The notes beneath the pieces are model-generated. The model did no database searches and was not told the origin of the DNA. It worked only from the letters and a program-made list of their open reading frames with translations. A DNA stretch of 62,974 nucleotides, counting the filler, from Choristocarpus tenellus KU-1152 (taxonomy: Eukaryota; Protista; Phaeophyceae): assembly GCA_964200185.2 (NCBI GenBank). It is 10 parts of 10 records of this genome, joined end to end, with 100 filler letters (N's around TTAATTAATTAA, not from the genome) between each part and the next. Parts side by side here need not be neighbours in the genome. Positions count along the whole stretch, not along the records: positions 1 to 2,958 come from CAXNAD020023361.1; positions 3,059 to 13,699 come from CAXNAD020002809.1; 8 more parts are not named here. One strand, 5' to 3'. Position 1 is the first letter of the stretch. Each line of letters starts with the position of its first letter. The translations under genes and the position numbers were made by a program. This document shows, piece by piece, positions 1 to 13,400 of the stretch.

Positions 1-1699
1 CCCCCCCCAGAGATACTTTGACCCGTTTACAACGTGCAAGTCGTGTAGAGATCTTCTTACTGATCGACTTTATTCTTAGGAGGTTCTAGAATGTTTTCAA
101 AGTTGCATCGATGTCTACTGGACAAGAACGGTGAAGGTGAAACGTCCACGCGCAAAAAATCGCAATTTCGGATCTTTCGGGGTTTAACGTCGGTAACGTG
201 AAGGTGTAGTGTAGTAGTAAAGGTGATCGATGTGTGGATCATTGAGTTCGGTCACCACCTTTCAATGGGGAAGTAGCTTAGAGCTGTGCGATCATTTTAC
301 ATCGCCTCTGAAGGTGTAGTAGGTAGCTCATTCCTGTTCAAGTTTTTTTTTTTTGCGTTCCGAGTTTTCCAGGAAGGATGTAACATTCAGGACTGAGTAT
401 GTGTGGGACATGTTCCAGAACGCTTACGGCAATTGACTCTTCAAATAGGTCAGGGTGGACATATTAATATAACTCCTATCATATTACCTACCCCAGTGGA
501 GTTTGTTGGGCTAATAGAGTACCCAGTCGTTTTGTAACTTGTTGAGGGTTAGGGTTAGGGCTAGGGTCAGGGTCAGGGTCATAACGGTTGCTGATTGATC
601 GTAAAGCTTCCGATACAGGTCAGGGCATTCATTCCCAGCGCCAAGTGAAGTAATGGGTGGAAGATTAGCCCATAGGCAAAACTTTTGGGGGGGGAAGGTG
701 GGGGGGGGGAGTTATGAATATAATTGTGGCTCATCTTGTAGGGGTCGACTTTAGGCTGCCTGTTGTCCTTCTCCTCTCCTTGATATCCTACGAGGTGAAG
801 GCATGACCATTATTCACCCACCCATCCCCACATTCAAGTCTATTTGCCTTGAATGATCTTGAGTGCCATTCAAGCTCTGAACAGTTTTGCTACCGCATCC
901 TTCTACGCACCTCCAGCAAGTTTCAGGGTGCTTCAGCACCCTGACTGACACCCTCATCCTTCTATGTCACAGGGTGAGGACTTCAGTCAGGGTGTCCAAG
1001 TACCAGATAAATTATAAACGTTGCTAGTGGTGCATTCGGGGGTGATGGTAGCAGATTGTCTAGCTTGTATGTCTTAGCACTCTCGATTAGATGTTGAGGG
1101 AAAGCGTCTTGAAAATGTCGCTGGGTGGGATGGCCACTTTTTGACATACATATGGTGGAGACAGTGTCCTGGACTTCATTGAGCTGGGTAACATCACCCT
1201 GACCTCTTATTTGTAGAATATTTCATACAAAGCATGCGCCTTCGGGGGAGAGTAAGCTGGTCTATTGCCCTGATAGCACACTGTAATATGTGAATATCTG
1301 ACATCTAGGAGGGGGGTAGGTCAAGATAAGGACACTGCATCAGAGTGAAATTATCTTATTAAGAGAGGGTATGAGTTTTTCCCTGTTTATCCATTCGAGG
1401 CTTAGCTTCCCATGGGTTTTTTTGATGACCTTTTCCTTCCCCAAAATGTTTCGGAGTAGGTAAAATGTATACGCTATGAAAAAGGTGTGTGTCCGGAACA
1501 AGGATACTACTGACACTTCCTAACGAACACAATGTAAGTTAAAATTACATGAAAATCGCAACATTGAATTTTGGTCCCCAAATGGACACGGCCCTACCCT
1601 GTTAAGACACTTTGGCTCATCAGTTGCACTCAACGAATGCAGACATACATACAAATATTCATAGGATATCCGTCTCAAATGTTTGGCTGTTAGAAAGGC

Positions 1700-2890
1700 T
1701 ATGCTCACCCAAACCCTATCCTTGAAGAGATTCTACCTTTGTGTTTTTCTTCACATGAAGCAAGCAACTGTAGGTGACTCTCCCCCTGTTGGTCCCACAA
1801 CATCCCTCTGATACATGCACTTTATTGGTTTAACCTTCTCATCCATCTGCATTGTGCTATATATACTACAGGAGGACGTGGCCCATTTCCGAAAAACCAT
1901 CAACCCCTTCACAAGGGTCTACTGAGGGAGAAGAGAAATCAAGTTAGTGTCCACCTCAGTCAATCAAACCAGCCCTCAAATTGCCGTGTGGGACGATCTG
2001 ACAGCAGTCTGGTTCATTCCTTTTGTTTTGTTGATTGTGTTTTGTGATGATGAACTAACTGCTTGGACGTTGGACTCCACTCTTTGGTGTAACAGAAATT
2101 GACAAGCTGTTCAGCGATTGCGTGTCTTGATTAGTATGTAATGGCTGCATTGAGCAAGCTTGGTCAATGAGATTCTGGTAGGAACGCCAACATTTACTCC
2201 TTGTTGGGGAAAGATACACAGGACTCATTGGAGTAACCCACCAATGGAAAGTGGTCTTTTTTGGGGGGTGTCCTTGTGAGCAATGCTGAACACAACACAA
2301 ATACTATACTGTAGACCTTACGTTTTGAAGTACTCTATAGAGTATTTTGTAGAGGTCTGGCAAACCCTGTTGCGGGTAGCCCTTCCTATTCTACAATATG
2401 GGGATTCACTACCCAAGAAAAATGGTATATTAGAAGAGACCCCCCTTACTCTCCCTAACCCCAGGGCCTCAGCTTGATTGCTTTTGTACCATGCCGGAGG
2501 ATGACAAGGGTAAACATAGCATAGTACCATACGTGGTTCAAGTCCTTGGGGAGTGCAATGCAAAGCGCTATGCAATAGGATCATGTTGAAGAGAGTGCTC
2601 ATCAAGTTTACGTACAAAAATGTGTTGGCGTCTGATGCCACTATTTTTGCTTTGTTGTATTTTACATGTCCTTGGCGGGTCAAGCATTTACAAGTTTTCA
2701 CACGCTGGTAAGATTAACTTAATGATCTCTACTAACACAGCGTTGTATTATTAACAGGAGCGGATGAAACCACTGCATACCATGACTTAGTTATTTGATG
2801 CCCCGCCATGATGTTATACATGGACTATTGACTGGGGGATGATAGAACTGGAGAGGTCATTGTGCTCCATCTGATGTTTGTCACGATGGT
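1700..2890 (-). mobile_element. Possible Gypsy integrase remnant
   Basis: KIVASDANTF...HCTPQG...NIPFFLG in ORF 2318-2701 resembles integrase core motifs (ivSD...F; hPq.dG; sPf...G). Very decayed. Confidence 0.35.
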
Positions 2891-2958
2891 GTTTGCTCAA
2901 AGTATCTGGGGGGGGGTGGGGGGGTGGTGACTGTCCATTCGGGACCCATTTTTCCATG

Positions 2959-3058
2959 NNNNNNNNNNNNNNNNNNNNNNNNNNNNNNNNNNNNNNNNNN
3001 NNTTAATTAATTAANNNNNNNNNNNNNNNNNNNNNNNNNNNNNNNNNNNNNNNNNNNN
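2959..3058. other. Artificial contig linker (44 N + TTAATTAATTAA + 44 N); also at 13700, 17675, 22234, 24921, 28102, 34995, 39483 and 53350
   Basis: Nine identical 100-nt spacers containing a 12-mer with stop codons in all six frames. Confidence 0.97.
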
Positions 3059-4249
3059 CAGTGGATGCAATGAAATGCTGTGCTGGAATGGAGTTTTGGA
3101 GGGCTCCGGGGTGGGGGGGGGGATCATAGATAGGTGTATGCTAACCCCATTTTGCTTGAGATTTTGGTAGGCAACCTTTTAGTGTCTGCACAATGCACGC
3201 ATGAAATATGAACATGTGAAAAAGATAGTTGGTTCTTTGTTTTTTTTGTGACTTGGAGTTCACTACCGTTGCACTTCATGCTAAGTCGGCACTATATGTA
3301 TGTACTTTGCCATACAGCACTGTTGGCTGTTACTCTTCTTGTTATATATGATGATTTAATTTTATTTTCTCCATTCACAGAAATTTAAAAGTTAGATGAA
3401 TTATTTATTATTATTTTATACTGAATGATATTGATATCGACCAAGCATCGCCAGGATCGAGAAATATATTTTCAAGATAAGTCGTTGTTGCCATTGTTAT
3501 TATTGTTGTAGTGATCGTTTACGTCCTTCACATCAAATAACCCCCTTGCTTCTCCAGACTCAGGTTTGGGTTCACAGGGTGCTGAATCTCCTTGCTCGTG
3601 GGGCTTGGCCAGGCCTGGACCTTTGTACTCCAGCCCCACCACACCCTCCAGTAACTTCCGCCCAATGCTCTAAATTGGTATCAGTAGTTATAAACCTTAC
3701 ACTGTTCGACTGGACATGTGTTTTAGAGACCGGCACTACTTCTTAATGGAAAATAATGGTCTCAAACAGTACTGGAGGGCACATTAGCTGTTAGTATGTA
3801 GGTAGGTAGAGGAAGATGTTTGTTGGTGGAAGCTAGGTAAAAGAATTGTTGCCTGGCTGTTCCAGCAGGACAATGCCAGCATCTATCCCTATCCCTGCAT
3901 TAGTGCGACACATGCACAAACAAGTACAAGCACGCGCGCAAACACACACACACACGAGATTGTAGTATCACATCATACCAAACGAAAAAAAATAACGTAC
4001 GTATTGGTACTTCTCGTCCACTATGGCAATGGGTTCGATAAACTGCTGGAATATTCATTCTGCCTTCTAGAGTAGGAATTCCTTCTGATGCTGAACCAGA
4101 AGCACACAACCGGTGGTAACATTGTGTCACATGGGTTTTTTGGAATAGGATAGTATCGCCATGCAAAATTGAGATGTTACTGCCCACATACAATAGTGTT
4201 CAGAGTATTGAACACTGTAGTACACAACATTGGGATCACCAGTCCATAG

Positions 4250-7200
4250 AGAGCGTACTACAAATACTTATTCGTATAATGCCATAATAAGTGTGCACGT
4301 AAGTGTGAATGCATAGGGAGTTTCTGGTGCTATCTCACATAAAATATAGAGTGTTTTTGACGTGGAAAAGATTCTATTGTTGTTGAGATATTCTCCTCGT
4401 GAAATTGTTCTGTAGAAATATGCCGAATATCGTTTAGAGTTACGTACCCTAGGTGACTTTGAGCTTCGGCGTGCCAAAAACATTCGTTCATCTCATCTAA
4501 CTATCTGCACGTGGTATTTGCCATGCACCCAGAGAGGAACTTATGACCACTCCAACCAGCTCCCCACGCTAGAGACGCTTGAGGATCGACGTGGATTATA
4601 CGGTGAAGAGAAGGACCCCTCACGAACACAGGCTGCTGACAACATGTCGTGCTCCAAATCCTCGCTCAGCATGGCTGCGTTCCTGGCCTCCATCACCAAA
4701 GGGAAAAGGTGGGTATCTGCTGCCATACTGACCAGAGAAAGGAGCTTGGGCCTCAATGGCAGAGATATCATACTTCCTCGACTTGACTTCATGACTTCAA
4801 CCTGGAATTTCAAGCTGGCGAGAGCCCAGAGAAATTAGGAAAAGGGATAAGTGTCTAACTCAACTAGAGCGTGGTCTCCATCGCTTAGAACCTGCTCTAA
4901 GGTGGATGGACTCGGCACACAGGGCTAGTCTCCTATCATCAAGAAGCGACACCGACATACTTTGGAATATGCCTTTCCCGAAAAGTAAATATTTGATTTT
5001 TTCCTGGTAGAAACACGCGCCATTCGAACAACCAGTACCTATTTTCGAGTTCTGTTCCTTCCGTTCCAATGCAAAACACAAAATATATAATCCGTTGGAG
5101 TATATATATAATCTTGTACATTGGAATAATAATGGCTGTCTCATTTTCTAGATACTGACACACCAAGTCAACAACAATTGGAAAGTACTTTTCGTATAGC
5201 AGAGTAAGTTGGAACTCTGAATTTCCATTTTACTTGATGGTTCACAAGTAGAATTCAACTGACCCTTGTTCTACACGATTGTGATGAATTCCGTCAGTCA
5301 AAATACGCCAGCCAACTACTTCAAAGTACCCAAGAGACCCCAGGCTGCAGTCATGGAAATAATGGAATAATAAAGGGCCTGTGTAAATGTACGTAAGCGA
5401 GCAATAATTTGTGACACTACAGCCTTGAGTTGGTAGGCAAATATCGTCCCCTGAGTCTCTAGTATGACCGAGGTGGAAGGGTGGGTACTGCCATAGGAGA
5501 TACAGCGGAGAATGGCCTTCCGGTGACTCACTGAGCAAATTGACATGCACACATCTTACAGCAAAGTGGACTATTTGATTTCTTATGGAGTACGTGCTGC
5601 TGTAGATTTCGATCCTTCCTAGAAGCCACCCCTATGTGGTCTACTACCTCATCTCCACTCCGTCCCAGAACTTGGCGATCCCTCTCTCCACCTCACTCAT
5701 GCCCAGCTTCCCTGCCAGATCCGCCCAGGGTTTTTCGAACTTGTCCTTTCCCCATTGCAGATGCTGCTTCAAATACCTTTGCCATTTCAGTTGTTGGTGG
5801 GACATGACTTTCGTGGAACTTGAAGATTGGGATAACGACTATAACAGTATACTACAAATTAAAGGAATGATGCCAAGAAACAGATGTTGCGGACTAAAGT
5901 ATCCAGTCATTGGCGTTGGCTACGTTTGCGTTGTATAGACCATTTCTCAACCTCAATGCAAAGCAGCTGAAAGTGGAGGAATTGAAATATAGGAAAAATC
6001 GTCAGAAGATTAGGTCTCGAGATGGAGAGCCATTGGTAGATATGGCGTGCATGTGGGGTACAAGGAATATATTGATACATTGTTGAGTGTTTGAATGTAG
6101 ATTTTCATAGCATATCTGTAGTAGGCGTCCGCTTTTTCTGCGCAAGGTAGGTGTGAAGGTGGATCTTTGCCCCACTACAGACAGGGGATTCGTTGTAATA
6201 AGAAAAACAATGGCATTAAGAGAACCAATGAGTGATAGCATTGCTACGACTGAGGGGGTGGTGGGCATGTTGTTGACAATCGCACTCCCATTCATTATCT
6301 CGGTGCAACATACACACAGTCAGTTCATTGATCTATCTTTCAATATTTTATACTCACTCCCTGTAACCTCAATCTCAAGGCAACTCAGGTTCTACCCCTC
6401 TGTAGGGACCATAATATTCTAGTGCCGGGTTAGGTTGTGGTTAGGGTTGTAGAGTGTAGCCAATACCTCTTGAGCAGAGTCCATGTTTGAAGCTGCCTTG
6501 CTGCCTGTGTTGAAAGGTGAGAGGAGCACAGCCCCACTTCAATGACATCAACAATAAAGGCATGGCGTAGATGAGGCATATGCATGTTTTTTGAAGAGAC
6601 ATTTGACACCAACTGTCGTCAATCCGATTCAAGGGAAGAACAGAATCGGAAATGGTGCGATTGGTACAGAATGGAACTACCTCAACTCTCTCGTCTCCGA
6701 TGCGACTGACTCACACAATTCGATTGTAAGTCATTGAAAGCTCACTGCTGATAACAATCTATCTTTCACCTGCATCCTTCTTATGACTTACGCCCTTGTC
6801 TATGTTGAACTTTACCAGTACATTTGAGAGAGTGTGTTTTCGTAAAATTCCATTGTATACTTGAAAGCATTGTATACTTGAATGCATATACTACTATTAT
6901 TTTTTTTTAAACCATCAGATTTATTTGATTGCAAATCATCATCATTGGAATTCACTAGTGTCAAATCTCTATAATTAAATTGACATACATACACACGTTC
7001 GAAGTATTATTATTTTCTAGCTATTATTGGATGTAATAATTATACATAGTAGATATAATACATATATAATACATATATACCATAACTTTGTACAAACCGC
7101 ACACATCAAATCAAAATTAAAGCCAGTGTCCTTCCATCGCATAATAATAGGCAACCCCTTTACCCACTCACAGTTGGGCCTGCTCCACATCTGTGAACTC

Positions 7201-8060
7201 CGGTGTATCAAATTCCAATGCCAGCACTGTACACTCCATGACCATTGCACATATTGCTGACACCTATGTATGAGATGTTTACGGTACATAGTACATAGTG
7301 TCGACTCAAACAAGAGAGTGCAGACCTGTTGAGGAGCGCACCTGCACATCCTTTTTTTCTTTTAACCTTTCCACAAACGAGTACAACCTTTTTTACCTTT
7401 TCTATTTTCTGTACGGCAGAGCCATGTGATCATCTCATGGTTCCACAGCTAGTTCAAAATGTAGAGAGGTGGGTCACTGACAACAGGGCAAGCAAACCCC
7501 CAAGGCATTGTGTCTCCCTAGCCCGAGCCCTAGCCCGAGCCCCTAACCCTAACACCATCCCTCGCAGTAACCATGGCGATTGCCGTAGCCATAGTTCCGA
7601 AGACTACCCTTGCCCCTAACCCCAGAGCTCTGGTTATGCATACAGGCTCGAGCTAACTGACCTTCACCATGTGCTCGAATAGGAAAACCTCGTTAAACCG
7701 GGTCTTGATCGACGTAGTGATAAACTCTTTGTCTTGAGACTCCGTGCACTTGAGGAGTTTCACTGATAGGCACTTGATGTCATGCACCATTCGAGGAATC
7801 TCAAAAAGAAAACCGGACAGAGTAGTAGTGGGTGTTCTAAGTTCGAGCTTGTTGCTTAGTCTAAGGTCTTCACAGTGCCGTATGGAGACATGGTTTCGGG
7901 AAGTATTGGGTATATTTTGTAGTAAAGTCTGAGTCAGGACAAGGATATCGAGGGGGGAAGTGGATATGCTACGAAAAAGGAGCGTTTTGTGCCAACAGAA
8001 AAATAGTGCGACTGTTGCAATGAGCCAACGGGAATTGGATACGTTCACCATGCAATCCAC
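4250..8060 (-). mobile_element. Heavily degenerate Ty1/Copia remnant (gag-integrase-RT order)
   Basis: RT-like PKLLSLVSMAADTHLFPLVMEARNAAMLSEDLEHDM (4541-4813) and WRVFLPGKNQI (~5000). Post-integrase-like SPEGHSPLYLLWQYPPFHLGHTRDSG...LGYFEVVGWRI...SVEFY (5242-5550). G/R-rich gag-like segment at ~7480-7620. Boundaries approximate. Confidence 0.55.
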
Positions 8061-8707
8061 CTTATCTGGTCACCCCTTGTATCAATACATGTGATGATCT
8101 TCAACACAGTCTAGAGGGGGAGGAACACAATTTTGGTGTGTGATTTTGATAATGTAAGGCATACGAACTGTGTCTATATAGCACATGAAGAACCATTTCT
8201 TCACCCATCTGTGTCAATGGATGGATGTACAGGAGCTACAGCAGTGAAGTAGCCATACATGCCCGACAATGGTCCAAGTCATGTGTCCTTGTCTATCATC
8301 AATGCACAAGCAAAAACGCGTCCATGATGGTGCATGGACTCGATCAAGGCAGCACAAGCACCTGGAAGTTCTCACTTCTGCATAGCCAAGCCAAGCACAC
8401 CTTGATGGCCTTGCAGCAGTTCCGGTGTGTAACCACGAACAGACCCCATTCGTAAACACACCTGGGTGCAATAGGACTGTCATGAGTGTTTTGTTTACAG
8501 GGCGATTTCTGCTTCTCACCCCTGTACTTGAAAGATGGTCACACATAGAACGCATGGTGGGGTGTATCGGGAACCTTAAGGGAAGTAGGTTGTGGGAAGC
8601 TTACAATGCAAGGGACAAATTGGCACAGCGGGGTGGAGGTGTTGAGAGCCATAGGCAGGCACTCTGGGGATACCAATTTTTCAATTTCACAGTACAATGA
8701 ATTCTCT

Positions 8708-8890
8708 GGCTCAAAGTATCAGGGGGGTGGGGTAGTGGCTGTCCAGTTGAGGACAATTTTTCATGTCGCGATTTTTGGGTGATTTGGTTGCATACTTTGG
8801 ATGGATAATGTAAGTGCACTTTTCCTGGTTTTGGTTCAAATGGACACCCTGGTGTAGACCGGCCCTCCCCCCCCCCAGATACTTTGTGTT
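8708..8890. mobile_element. MITE, same family, opposite orientation
   Basis: GGCTCAAAGTATCAGGGGG...CCCCCAGATACTTTGTGTT. The internal sequence matches 43735-43919. Flanks are TCT/ACT (a one-mismatch TSD). Confidence 0.8.
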
Positions 8891-9399
8891 ACTGCTACTA
8901 TTTTGTTATCATGTCATGTCGGGAGATGTCTCCAGGAGGTACTACCATCAGCTCCGCTTCAGCTCACACACGGCCGAACTTCACACTACCTTGAGGTGAG
9001 TAACCCGACAGCATATTCATATTGTGGTACAAGTATCCCACAAACACTCACCACAGGCGAGTGAAGTATGACGTGCTTGCCAGCACAAGCAGCCTGTCAC
9101 TGTTTTTGATGATGTGCTCGAAATGTTTCTCGACAACTGACCTCCGTTTAGTGGGATCGCTCGGCAGACAACACTTTTAAAAGAAAAGAAGACGGGGGGG
9201 GGGGGAGACATATTTTTTTTCTTGTGTGGACTCATTGTGATACTTCCCTAACCCTATCCCTTGTGATGGCTGGCGGCGCAGTTTCCATGAGCATATCTGA
9301 TCCCATTTCTGATATTTTTTTCTGAACACTGGATACGCTGTATTTATTTAGGAAGAGTTATCAATACCCCACAGTGCTTGCAAGGGAGCTGTCCTAGCT

Positions 9400-12300
9400 A
9401 TTGGGAGATTGAACCCGCTATGATGGTCACAATGAGCACCCCCCACAAGACAGCACCTTGTCCACCCACACCAAGACTGGATGCTCTTTCCCTGAGTCAG
9501 ATCCTTTCCCTTGAACTGCCAAGAGGTCCACCAAGGCTCCATGGAGCTCAGAGGCCTTGTAGGATTCATACTCATCATTGGAGGTGAACATGGGGTCTCG
9601 GCGGTCTCGGGACCAGGTGTGGGAAATGAAGCTGGTCGTGGGAGGGAAGGTGAGGCCAATAAAGTTTGAGATAAAGCAAACGAGAGGTACACAGAGTTGT
9701 ACTTTAAGGATGCTGACAAATACGTCCAAAATTTGGCTATTTTAACAATAGCAGGAGGGATATTTTCTAACTTCTGTGTCGATCTTTTTTTAAACAATGG
9801 AGAAATCAACGCTCTCATAAGTCAAACTTAACACTTCATCCATATAAATACGGGTGAATTGCAAAAGGTTGAAAACTACCTTAAGGTGAAAACAACCCAA
9901 ACCTAGGTACCGTTTACCTTGGCCCAGTTTCACTCTAGTCGACATCCAATTGTTGTTTGGTGAGGAGTGATTTATGTATGGCAGGACGGGGTGCAGCTAT
10001 AGCAAGTTCAATGCTCCAAAATAGTAGTATCAGGCCATCTGCTCTGTTGTGTGAAAAGGTTTTGAACGTGGACACCATTAAATTCACAACCTATGTGTGA
10101 ATAGATAAAAATAAAAGCGACAAAGTGAAATGTCTACCCCTTTTAAAAATATGCCTGACACACCTGTCCACCTTTGTAACCTTAATGGACATGGAATAAT
10201 CGTCATCAGAGGGGACTGGGTCTCGCCATGGACGCCTCAATTTTCCAGCCTCATAGTCCAAATCATTGCAAAGAGCGTGTTCTGCTCAGTCAAGTGGTAA
10301 GACCTTGGGTTGGTGGTTGAAGTTACACACATAAATCTGAATTTCTACTACGATAAACGTACTCTATTCTTAAGGGGGTGCATACTAGATATATTCGTAT
10401 GGTATGCTGTTTTGATGAGGTGATTAGTGTCCAGTGACTAATAGCTCTTAACTGCACCGGTAGTTGCCTTGCTCAAGTATTTTCTTATTCCAAACTATTT
10501 TTACACAAAGAAAGCGATGAGCTAATTGAATGGTCTGATACCAACCTGTGAGAAGAGGAACTCCTCTAAACGCTTCCTCGGCATAAGAAAAAGATGCCCT
10601 CTTTCTTTGTCTGCACAATGGAGCAGGGAGAGCATACAAAAATCCAGTCTTCAGTGTTACTCTTTGATACACATTGCTGTATGACGACAGACATGTTGCT
10701 GAGTACAAAATGCTCGAGCAAGTATAATCTTGGTCTACTTCGACACCCTCTAAATCATTAACGACAGAGTCGAGTTGATTGAGTCGGTATCTCAGCTTCT
10801 GAAGCATTGTTAATTCAACAGTGATTGGACGAGCTTTATTCAATTACAAGCTTTTTCGGAATTCTCTTAGACATCATACCATCGACGCATATTTCGGTGA
10901 ACCTCGTACCTCTGATCTTCAACAATGGGACAGTCCTGTGCTTGTGCAGGTGGTCTATCCTTCGTTAATTCCTTATTCTTTCCAGAACGGTGCTCAAGTA
11001 TCACAAATGCCTGAGCGATGCGCCCTATTGCTTTAAACCTTTTCAGTGGTAAACTACCCTTGACCTGAAGGGTTTGTCGCGGTGACATGGAATCATCTCT
11101 CAACATCCGGACGTCTCCCTAACCAACCCCGTCCCAATCAGGACTACTAATTTGTGACCGCTGTGTATCCTTTTAGATGAAGTTTCTCCTCGGAGAAGAT
11201 GTCGGTGAGATCTTTGTGGTGATATACAAATGTTTCTCGAATTGCTGGGGGTATGCAAGGCCTCAAAATTTAGAAAGGCCATCCACGAACAATTTGGCTC
11301 CTCATTGCATGGATCTCAAGCTCATTGCTAGGGGCTTCTAAGAAATCCCTAGAATTGTACGGCCTAAATCTTCCTCCAACTGTCGTGTCGCTTAGACCAG
11401 GCTGCCTGCTAGTTTGGTTTATGTAGGACAAAAGTTGTGTGATGGTTTTGTAGTGAAAGACATACATACATCATGTCAACTTCATAATTGACCAGTTCAA
11501 GATAGACCAAGGAACGCCTTCCACACCCCATGTAAGTCCCGCCAAGCAGGTGGAACGTTTTTAAGTTCAACATATGAACCATGTCAACCTCATGGTGGCA
11601 TGGCTACCAGTTTTTCCTAATTTGCATAATCTCAGGCTCCCAAGCGTTTCTTCATTGCGCTAATCATGCACATTTCCCCCCTCCACTCAAGGGGAGTACA
11701 GGGCGATCCATGGCAAAATGGTGTGGGACTTCCAAGGTGATTGAGTCCTCAAACTGGGCAAGCTTATTTGTCTTTCATCTCCATGACATAATCAACCCAC
11801 ACCCATAAAATATTTTTGCCATGAACTTGCAGATGATGGCACAGGAAGGACCACAATCTTCCAGAAAGGGGCCTTATCGTCCCCCAAGGGATATCCAGGT
11901 AAGATTCTGTTGGAGTTATGGGTCAGCAACTTGACAGCAAGGAAAAGAATTTATTGCATGCAATCAAGCTCATCGTATGAAGAAGACAAGTTCATTGCTT
12001 CATGGATATGTAGTGAATCAGTTGCAAACTATGCGTCAAATGGTTTGGCACTGGGTCCCCGTTCGCAAGGTTGGTACCACATCCCACCCTGACAAACCCA
12101 CACCCCTCCAATCTACGTCTTCAACTTTCTGGGGACGGAAGCTCGGTCAGCCCTCGATTTTACCAACTTCTACTTCTTCCGCTGTGGAGTTGGATGAGTG
12201 TGAGTACCTTGAGACGGCAGAATGGGCCAAACTAGAACGTCACACCGTGGACCAGGAACTGCCAGATGAGCAGGTTAGACGAGAAGGATGTCAGCCACCT

Positions 12301-12400
12301 TGTTAGGGAACCATTCTGTAGCTAAACCGCCACGGTCACTTCCATGCTTTTGGTTTGTGAAATGCCCTTGATCTTGGTAGCTGGCAATTATGCCCATGTT
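9400..12400 (-). mobile_element. Degenerate Ty3/Gypsy pol remnant (RT-RNase H-integrase-chromodomain order)
   Basis: Decayed RT-like segments at ~12350-11900. RNase H-like DYAN*EKLVA (~11620) and YVFHYKTITQLLSYINQTSRQ (~11460-11400). Chromodomain-like NDEYESY...LLAVQGKGSDSGKEHPVLVWVD (9427-9600). The motifs are weak but the order fits Gypsy. Confidence 0.5.
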
Positions 12401-12829
12401 TTTGTTTGTTTGATGTTGTCACATGCATGCACATCCAGGAAAAGAGATCGAAAAGTACGAAGTCTGAAATCTGTCTCGGGTCCAGCTCCAATTATCCTGA
12501 AATCCCACTTCGTCGCAATACGTTAACAGGAACTACTAGCCAGACTTCAAGGGGAGGAAGAGTATCTCACGCGACGTCTAGAGACGATAAAGGGTGTGAT
12601 TGCCGACGTAACAAACCTCCATGACACGGAACGGCGGACAGGAGTACGTCAGGCTAACCGATCTAGCACGCTCTTCCGTTGTCTCTCACGACTATTCTCT
12701 GGACCAAACCACAAATCTCCAGGAGCTCAATCTTGGTTCGGAGAACTGTAGGGAATGGAACTAATCCCATCCCTTACCCTCTTACCCTAACCCCAAGCAA
12801 GCAAGCAGATGTTTCCTGCTTGATAGGTG

Positions 12830-13400
12830 GTGGGTTGGGGGTGATCACCTTGCCCCTTCAAGTCTGCATGGCAGTGTTGGATGTGGAGCTATATTTACTC
12901 ATCTAGAATGTACTGCTTGGTCAGGAATACATGCAGAATTTATGTCAGTCATATTATGCTGATGATACCACTACATGTACCATCACCAGTGGTTCAGCCG
13001 CAGGTCAAAGTTCTAAAAGGCTGCCAGTTTGTGGGTGTGGTTGTCGATGTGTGTGTATATTGTGTTGTAGACAGTCAAGCAGAGATTGCTGGGGTACAAG
13101 GACATCTTCTCATCTCCTCTGAAATACCAAACCTTTGGGGAGATGATACAGTTCAGGGAAAACATGCTGGGGGCAACAATGATGTCATGCTGGATTGTGG
13201 AAGTGTATTGCAGGAGGTGCCAGTCAGTTGGTCATTTGCATGTACAGAGTGTATTTGTGAGGCCCATGTATTCCCATTTCGTTTGGTAAGTTAGAGAGAG
13301 TTGCCGTATTGATCATGAGATGTGAAGCTTGTGTGATGTCTCCCTTTGGGAACACAATTATCCCATAGAATCGACCAGGAACCCACCTCATATTTTGTTG
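12830..13400 (+). mobile_element. Non-LTR (LINE) reverse transcriptase fragment
   Basis: GDHLAPSSL (like QGD.LSP.LF) at ~12840, YYADDTT at ~12952-12972, and KY(Q/L) at ~13120. Frameshifted. Confidence 0.65.

Noticed and set aside
3003-3014. TTAATTAATTAA palindrome recurring nine times
   Set aside because: It is always centred in exactly 44+44 Ns, so it is an artificial six-frame-stop contig linker.
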